Shown piece by piece: positions 31,382 to 39,827 of a stretch of 39,827 nt of DNA. This DNA is from Paraspadella gotoi (taxonomy: Eukaryota > Animalia > Chaetognatha). Position numbers and translations under genes: made by a program. The notes below the pieces were generated by a model. That model saw only the letters and a program-made list of their open reading frames with translations. It did not search any database and was not told the DNA's origin. The stretch is taken from contig CM119268.1 of NCBI GenBank assembly GCA_051294375.1, positions 19,215,996-19,255,822 of the forward strand, in the 5' to 3' direction. Every line of letters begins with the position of its first letter. The first letter of the stretch is position 1.

Positions 31382-32843
31382 TTATTTTACCAACGAAAAG
31401 AAAGGAAAACCAACAAAAGAGAATTCTTATAAGAGTTTATATAGGTGAAATTACATCGTTAATACCAATCCGATTTGGCTTCAAGATGTCGGGATCGACC
31501 GTGGATGAGAAGAACCGGATTTAATTCCACAAAAGTTAAATAAAAAATATAAAATATCTTGTCGGAAATTTTGTCATCTTCAGCATTTAAAACGGGGAAA
31601 AAATGTGAAAATATATGACTTTTTTATTCTCTGTAGTAGAAACTTACATATCTTAAAACGTTTTAGTCATTTTTTTTCGATTTAAACATTAAAATATCAT
31701 TTAACATATTCTATAAAATATTTTTAGTTTTTTATGGGAATCTAAATCCTGTTTCTTAAACTGAATAGAAAATTTTATTTGTAAAATTTATGAATATATA
31801 AGATATTACTACATAGAATAATTGAATTTACTTTACTGCTTATGCTTAAAAAAATTTTTAAGGATTTAAAATTCAATGATCAACATATCCATGGCAGCAA
31901 AAATATGTTCATGTCAATCTTTCATCAATCCACCCTAATTAGTCATTACATTAAATATGTGTTCTAAGATCAAAATAATAATATTTAATTTTATAATCAA
32001 TAAAATGGCGATAAAAACGAAAGAGAACCGATGAAAATTTGACGAGCATGAGTGAGTAATATGCAGAGCTGATTCCTTAGGGGGCGCTAACCGTCAAGAA
32101 CAAAAGGACAAAGCAGGGAAGAGAGAGAGCAGAGGAGAGAGAGAGAGAGAGAGCAGAGAGAGAGAGCAGAGAGAAAGAGAAGAGGAGAGAGACGAAACGA
32201 TCTGGCATACTGGAATGAAAGACAGAGCAGCAGGCGAGGATGAGTATGAAATAGAGCCGCGACGATGACGAGAGAGAGGAGAGAGAGGAGAGGAGAGAGA
32301 GAGAGAGAGAAAGAAGAGAGAGAGAGAAAAGAGACGAAACGATGAGAAGAAGGAAGGCGAATTAATCGACTGCCACATTCAATACAATTGTACCCTTTTT
32401 TTTGGTCTCCGAGTTCGTAGTTCATGTCAATTAATGATTCCATGAATTTATTTTCGTGAACTTTTTAATTGTCTGCAATTTAAATTAGCATATCATAATG
32501 TTAGCAAAGTGGCAAGAAACGCAGATGGCCAAGAACAGGCTTATTGAATACGTTTTTGGGTTTTCATCGTTCGCCTGCCAGAAAATATAGAAGAAAGAAT
32601 AAGAGAGAGGAGAAAGATGTACACGTAGACAAAGGATGTAGAGAGAGATAGGGAGGAGAGGAGTAGAGGAGAGGACATGGCAGAAGAGAGAGAGAAGAGA
32701 GAGAGAGAGAGGGTGAAGATACTGGTGCTGAATCTGGCCGAAATATAAATTTTTCTCGCCTTGGTCGTTTTCGCCGGAAAAAAGTTCGGATGAGAAAATT
32801 ATTGTTCCCGTCCTCTCGTCCCTTAATTTCATTTTCGAGAGAG

Positions 32844-32887
<44 letters not shown>

Positions 32888-33351
32888 GCCGAAATCATCA
32901 GAACCCCATTAACATATGTAGTATCACATTCACGGGGTCCCTGCTAGAGAGAGTGATCGAGAGAGAAAGCTATTTCACGACTCATAACGTTCTGCATAAC
33001 CGTTACGAGGCCAGTTGGAGGGTGTTAACTCTAGTTATAAAAAAGTTTGGCTAAAACAGCATTATTAAAAATAATATAACCGGCAAGTCGTTTTTTTTTG
33101 GATTATCTACTTTAAAGTTGATCAGAATTTTACTTATTGGAATAAGTCGTTCTTTAATCGAGATTTTTCTTCAAAGAATTCTACTGTGAAATTTCATTCA
33201 TTACGAGTATCCATATCGCTAAGAATTTTCGGCAGAAAATCTGCCTTACATTTTAGATTCCCTTAAAAAAAATCACAGAAAAAGAGAATAGAAAAGGAAA
33301 GATAAAATAAAAAGACATAATTTGTCGCTAAGGAGAAACTTGGCATTCTGA

Positions 33352-33405
<54 letters not shown>

Positions 33406-36400
33406 AGGGAGAGAGAGAATCAAGTGATCCATAGTAACAAGAAGTAAAGGAAAACGAAAAAATATTTTTTTTAATGAAAATATTATATTCGAGATGTATA
33501 CATTAAGCCAAAATTGAACACTTTTATAGATTCTAATTTTCTCAAAATTAGTCAATTAATTAATCAATAATTAATTAATCGGTCAATTAATCAATCAGAA
33601 CAAACATTTCTGATCAAATTAATTGATTGCCTAATTAATTAAATAATTAACTTGAATAAATTAATTATTAATTAAATTCAATCAATCAATTCATTTTTCT
33701 ATTAATTAATTATTCAATAAATCATTTTTTTTATCTATTAATTAATTATTCAATCAATCAATCAATCAATCAAGTCAATCATTATCGATATTAATGTCGT
33801 CATCGCCATCATTGTCGTTGTTGCTTTAGCCTTGGTCAGTGACGAAAAGATGTAAAAACAACGATTTCGGATCAAATTAATTAAATTATTAATTAAATTA
33901 TTATTTTAGTTTATATAGTTTTTATTAATTAATTAAGTAATTAGCGCTAATGATCGTAGGCAGATCCGACATTGTTTGCTCAAACTTGTTTTTCTATATG
34001 TTTTCAATTATTTTCATTGTTTTGTAATTCTCCCTCTAATCCTCTCTTTCATTCTTTTGCTTTTTCTTCCCTCTACATTTCATTTTTCTTAACTCACTCT
34101 TTTCTTCTCTCTATCCCCCCGTCCTTCTTTCCTTCTTTCTCCCCGTCCTTCCTCTGACTACCCTCCCTACCTTGTTCCTCCCTCTCCCCCCTTTCCTNNN
34201 NNNNNNNNNNNNNNNNNNNNNNNNNNNNNNNNNNNNNNNNNNNNNNNNNNNNNNNNNNNNNNNNNNNNNNNNNNNNNNNNNNNNNNNNNNNNNNNNNNNN
34301 NNNNNNNNNNNNNNNNNNNNNNNNNNNNNNNNNNNNNNNNNNNNNNNNNNNNNNNNNNNNNNNNNNNNNNNNNNNNNNNNNNNNNNNNNNNNNNNNNNNN
34401 NNNNNNNNNNNNNNNNNNNNNNNNNNNNNNNNNNNNNNNNNNNNNNNNNNNNNNNNNNNNNNNNTTTTTTTTCTCTTTTTTTCTTTTTATTATTTTTTCA
34501 GTCCTTTTCTGGTTTTGTGTTTTTAAATCAAACTTTAAACTTACACACAGGACGCGCCTGCTCCTTTCCGCTTTTGGTTTGACTTGTCTTATATAATTGC
34601 ATTACCCTAACGGCCATAATGATTATTGTATTGTAAATTTGATTATAAATTTGATATGAGAAAAAAATACAGTAAAATTACTCTGTGTTCTTCTTTCTTT
34701 CATTTTGTTTGAGATTATCGGAATGTTTTTGAAAATATTTCTTATTGTAATTACATCAACTTTTCTAACTTCGTTGTTATGGTTAAAATAAGAATCTTAA
34801 AAAACATTTCTCTAGTAAAATTACTAAAAGCAAAATTAAAAATAGACCGGCCTCATCTGGCGCAAGAAGTCGTGACCTTAACTTTTGTGATGGAAAAATC
34901 TTGAGTTTAGAAACATCGATGATGAAAAGGACGGGATGTGAAAAATCAGATTGAAGATGGGAAGAGTGAACGAGAGAAAATGGTGAAGGTAAAGTGAAGG
35001 TAAGAATAAATAAAAATGAGAAATAAAAACATAGGAAAGTAGGAAAGTATACGGGATAGAAGATAGAAAACTGGAAAGAAAAGAAAACTCGTTGATGGAT
35101 CGGGAAAGTTAAAATAGATGAATTGTTAATTCAAATAAGTAAAAATGGCAAATTAGTCTTTTAATGGATTTTTGTTTTGGATTTCATGTTTCATTTTGTC
35201 GATTACTGTAATTGAATGAATAAAAAAGAGATATCTTGTCCAAAACGTGAATTCACTCGCTCCATTTATATATATATATANNNNNNNNNNNNNNNNNNNN
35301 NNNNNNNNNNNNNNNNNNNNNNNNNNNNNNNNNNNNNNNNNNNNNNNNNNNNNNNNNNNNNNNNNNNNNNNNNNNNNNNNNNNNNNNNNNNNNNNNNNNN
35401 NNNNNNNNNNNNNNNNNNNNNNNNNNNNNNNNNNNNNNNNNNNNNNNNNNNNNNNNNNNNNNNNNNNNNNNNNNNNNNNNNNNNNNNNNNNNNNNNNNNN
35501 NNNNNNNNNNNNNNNNNNNNNNNNNNNNNNNNNNNNNNNNNNNNNNNNNNNNNNNNNNNNNNNNNNNNNNNNNNNNNNNNNNNNNNNNNNNNNNNNNNNN
35601 NNNNNNNNNNNNNNNNNNNNNNNNNNNNNNNNNNNNNNNNNNNNNNNNNNNNNNNNNNNNNNNNNNNNNNNNNNNNNNNNNNNNNNNNNNNNNNNNNNNN
35701 NNNNNNNNNNNNNNNNNNNNNNNNNNNNNNNNNNNNNNNNNNNNNNNNNNNNNNNNNNNNNNNNNNNNNNNNNNNNNNNNNNNNNNNNNNNNNNNNNNNN
35801 NNNNNNNNNNNNNNNNNNNNNNNNNNNNNNNAAGGAGAAAAAAAAAGAGCGTCATTATTAAAATGAAATATATTTAAGAAAAGAATGGAGATCAAGAATC
35901 GACATTTGTACAAAGACTTACGCACCAGTTACAGAATAATAACTCGGAAAGAGCTTACAATATATTATATACCACAGCATAGTAGGCGTACACCGAGCTC
36001 AACCAGATGGGGCATTACCGCATTTGGCTTCAAAATAGAAACAGAAACTCGGCATTTGGAGGAAAGAAAAAAAAATTCCAGAAGCGGCGGAGGAAAGAGG
36101 GGATGAAGGGGAGGAAAAAAAATATGGAAGAAAGGAGGAAGAAGATGAGGGAGGAGGGAAAAAGAACTGCGTTGCAATATGCAAAGTCGTCTATTGCATT
36201 ATCATGCATCGTGAATGAGACTGAGGCTAAATGCAGAAGGCGGAGGAGGAGTGGGAGGAGGAGGAAAAGGAGGAAAGAAAAGAAAAAAGAAAAGAAAATC
36301 TTAGGAAACGAAAAGAAAAAAAAGAAAAAAGAATATGGCGATAGTTTTCTCTCCAGGGCAGCCAAACGCAGTGAAAAATTGATTGAATGGTTAGAGAGAA

Positions 36401-38346
36401 TGAGAGAGAGAGNNNNNNNNNNNNNNNNNNNNNNNNNNNNNNNNNNNNNNNNNNNNNNNNNNNNNNNNNNNNNNNNNNNNNNNNNNNNNNNNNNNNNNNN
36501 NNNNNNNNNNNNNNNNNNNNNNNNNNNNNNNNNNNNNNNNNNNNNNNNNNNNNNNNNNNNNNNNNNNNNNNNNNNNNNNNNNNNNNNNNNNNNNNNNNNN
36601 NNNNNNNNNNNNNNNNNNNNNNNNNNNNNNNNNNNNNNNNNNNNNNNNNNNNNNNTAGTTAAGACTTCACACAATTCTCTCCCGATGTCATCTTCAGGTT
36701 TCACGTAGTTGATTCTGACGTCGACGATTTTCTTGTTTTGAAATTTTATTCTCGTCGTAAAAAAAGAGACTTGTTTGTCCCGATTGAAAGCTCGGAGAAG
36801 CGGGGGTAGGGCGAAGGAAGGGCGGGCGGGGGTGTTTGACAGTGAAGCGTAAGGAAATTTTGAATTATTTTGGAGATGTTTAAATTTAATTTAGGTATTT
36901 GGATTCACGCTCTTTAGCGTAGACGAATTGAAAGGTGATGTTAAAGCGTCGTTATTCTAGATATCAATTTTTTTTAATATTATCACAGTGACACAATGAA
37001 ACAATATAAACGCTCGTCTTTATGAAATAACTTATCTTTTTTACAATGTTTTTCTGATTCTTCACATTCTCAAAATAGACGTGTCGTACGTAGTTTGATT
37101 CTCTGAACAAAAAAGATGAAAACATTAAATCTTCCTTTCGACTCAGAGATAATCAGGTCAGGATCGAGCATTTTCTTTCCTCGGCCGCCCAAGCTTATGT
37201 TTAGCCCGCTGAATAACCTTACCCTCTCCGTTGGGAAAAAACCTCACCCACTCACGCACCTCGACTTTATCCGATAAAGAAAAAAAAAACTCCTTGAAAA
37301 GGGATTATTCCGGTCGAGTCATTTCAGACGCCGGATTTTCGCCGACGATCGTAAAAAATCAAACATCAAAACATTTTTTTTCTTTTTATTTCTTTATCTC
37401 TTTTCTTTTCCTCCTCCTCATCCCCCCCCTTCTTCACCCCCCGTCTCTCTCTTCTTCTCAAACAAGGAATACAAAAATGTGTCAGCGTGAACTATTGCAA
37501 TTAAATTTATAGCGAGTTTTTGTTTGAAGGCGCGGACATAAGCAGACGAAGCGAGACGTGTCCGCTTGGCAATGGATTGACCGTACGATGATGGTTTTCG
37601 CGCGGTTAAAAAATAGGGCAATAAAACATTCTAAAAGATGGAATGAAAAGATAAGAGATGGAAAATTTAATTGAGGAGATTTATGGGTTGCTCTTCAGGT
37701 TTTATTTTTTTTATAGAAATTGGAAATTAAGAAGTGGAGAAACGGATATCAAAATTCTAATTCGTGTGATAAACGTTGAATTGACATGAAATATTTTGTT
37801 ATATTGGTGTGACCATAATTTTCATATGTCTTCATTCCATGAGAAAAGAGTGACGATTTTAAGTAATAAATTTGAACCTTTTAGGCGAATCTGCTCTCTC
37901 TCTCTTCGTCCTCTCTTCCTCGCTCTCTCGTCTCGTCGTCATCTCGTGGGTAGTCTCTCCTCTGCGTCATCTCTGCTCTCTCCTCTGCGTTGTCCTCTCG
38001 TTTTTCGTCTCTCAAATAATTTAGATAAAGAATAAGATGTATTTCTGTTACTTTTTGCGCCCCTCTGGCCCTCTGTCCTGCTCGTCCTTCGTGGCTCTTT
38101 TGCGCCCCCTTGCTCCTGATCTACCCCTCTCGTCCTCTCGCCTCTTTCTCTTTCTTCTCGCCCTTGTCCGCCTCTCCCCGCTCCTCGCCCTCTCCCCTTC
38201 TACCCCCTTCTCTTTCTTTCTCGCCCCTCTCTCTTCTATTTCCAGATTCTCCCTCGCGATCGTCGGCTTCTCTCACCGTCATCGCTCAATCGTGAATAAT
38301 TCACATATTTGGAACGGGATCGCTTTCTATCACTTTTCAAGTTCTC

Positions 38347-38399
<53 letters not shown>

Positions 38400-38900
38400 G
38401 AGGAGAGAGGAGAGAGGGAGAGAGGGAGAGAAACATTTTGGTGACTCAAACAATCTTGCCTTTTATCTGTTAGAATTTTCTAAAAATCGTAAGGGATAAA
38501 AACAATGATATNNNNNNNNNNNNNNNNNNNNNNNNNNNNNNNNNNNNNNNNNNNNNNNNNNNNNNNNNNNNNNNNNNNNNNNNNNNNNNNNNNNNNNNNN
38601 NNNNNNNNNNNNNNNNNNNNNNNNNNNNNNNNNNNNNNNNNNNNNNNNNNNNNNNNNNNNNNNNNNNNNNNNNNNNNNNNNNNNNNNNNNNNNNNNNNNN
38701 NNNNNNNNNNNNNNNNNNNNNNNNNNNNNNNNNNNNNNNNNNNNNNNNNNNNNNNNNNNNNNNNNNNNNNNNNNNNNNNNNNNNNNNNNNNNNNNNNNNN
38801 NNNNNNNNNNNNTTTAAAAACATGTTGTACGTATACTTCTAATTATAAATGTTGCTCTAGTTGTTATTATTACTGTTGTTGTTGCTTTCCTAAATACGAA

Positions 38901-38996
38901 GTCAGCTATGGTGACAATTTTTCGGCTTCAAAGCCAAGTTTGGTTGTTATGGCGACCGAACGCGGAGAGCTGTTGTCACTTCGTTCCCATAGCGAC
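38901..38996. promoter_or_regulatory. Cluster of RFX X-box motifs
   Basis: GTTGTTATGGCGAC (38943-38956), GTTCCCATAGCGAC (38983-38996) and partial GCTATGGTGAC (38905-38915). Confidence 0.5.
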
Positions 38997-39193
38997 GAGA
39001 TTTACTGCCCAAAACTTGGCCGTGCGATAACAACAACAACGACGAAAAGGACGACGACGATAACGTTGAAAGAAAAACGATATCTAACGGTTTCTTCCAA
39101 AACAAACAGTAGCAAAAAAACATTTAAAAAGAAAAAAGGAAAGAAAGAAAGAATAAATATGAAAGGAAAATATCTCGAAACAAAAAAAAAGAG

Positions 39194-39194
<1 letters not shown>

Positions 39195-39288
<94 letters not shown>

Positions 39289-39310
39289 AGGAAAGAAACA
39301 AAGAAAGAAA
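39195..39310. repeat. (GAAA)n microsatellite
   Basis: Direct reading. Confidence 0.95.
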
Positions 39311-39672
39311 AAAGGCATATAAACAGAAAACAAAAAGACAGAAAGACAGACACAAGAACGACATAAAAGGGGGTGAAAAAAAAGTGGGAAAAAAAAAGAA
39401 GAAAAGAAAAGAAAATAAATGAATCCTACTTGAAAGGCCTAATTTGGAATCCGTGGTTAAGTTTGATCTCTTTTTCCCTCTCTCTCTTTTTAACCTCTCT
39501 TTCCATGACCTCTCTTTTTTTAACTTCTCTTTCCGCCTTTCTTCCTCACACTCCCTTATTTTCATATTCCTCTCTCCTTCGAGTTTTCAATATCTGCTTC
39601 ATCTTTATTTCCGTCATAAGAACGTCAAAACCTCAGCTCTTTCTCCTCCGGTTCTGGTCAGATTTTTGGAGT

Positions 39673-39714
<42 letters not shown>

Positions 39715-39827
39715 TTTCCCGACAAGCATTCATCGGATACATAATTAATTTAAAACGGATTTTCTTTTCAACGAGATGTTTTTTTCCCTACAAAGATCGT
39801 AAATTCTGCTATTAGAGAGAGAAAAGC

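Noticed and set aside
30180-32900. Several short GC-richer islands (30180-30330, 31440-31530, 32360-32600, 32715-32820) as exons
   Set aside because: Could not find a consistent acceptor/donor/phase chain or a recognisable peptide.
35885-36106. 73-aa ORF / possible exon
   Set aside because: No recognisable homology; stop codons in the frames following candidate splice sites.

Overview
Eukaryotic (most likely invertebrate animal) genomic DNA. It is AT-rich, dense in microsatellites, has spliceosomal introns and many assembly gaps, so almost all ORFs in the supplied track are low-complexity or N-run artefacts. Host coding I can support: the last exon of a cytosolic sulfotransferase (+, 1754-1978) and three phase-consistent 3' exons of an EF-hand protein resembling C1orf87 (-, 5221-4310), arranged convergently. 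The main feature is a Penelope-like retroelement (PLE) family. One copy is 5'-truncated, encodes RT + GIY-YIG, has an inverted pseudo-LTR and a minimal hammerhead ribozyme (8282-10848, repeated at 12872-15442). A diverged relic lies at 28094-28716 and a 372-bp palindromic mini-copy with two degenerate hammerheads at 31010-31381. Comparing the copies suggests a conserved coding extension beyond the GIY-YIG domain and a non-canonical K-A-D-D catalytic motif. Also present: a CCA-containing tRNA-Leu 3' half, an internally deleted Tc1 transposon, Helentron-like non-autonomous elements, a phased CCAAT-box cluster and RFX X-box matches. The region 10874-23253 is largely indel-rich re-copies of 951-10848 joined by 25-N gaps, at least partly an assembly or haplotype artefact. 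All homology calls come from motif recognition by eye; no searches were run.
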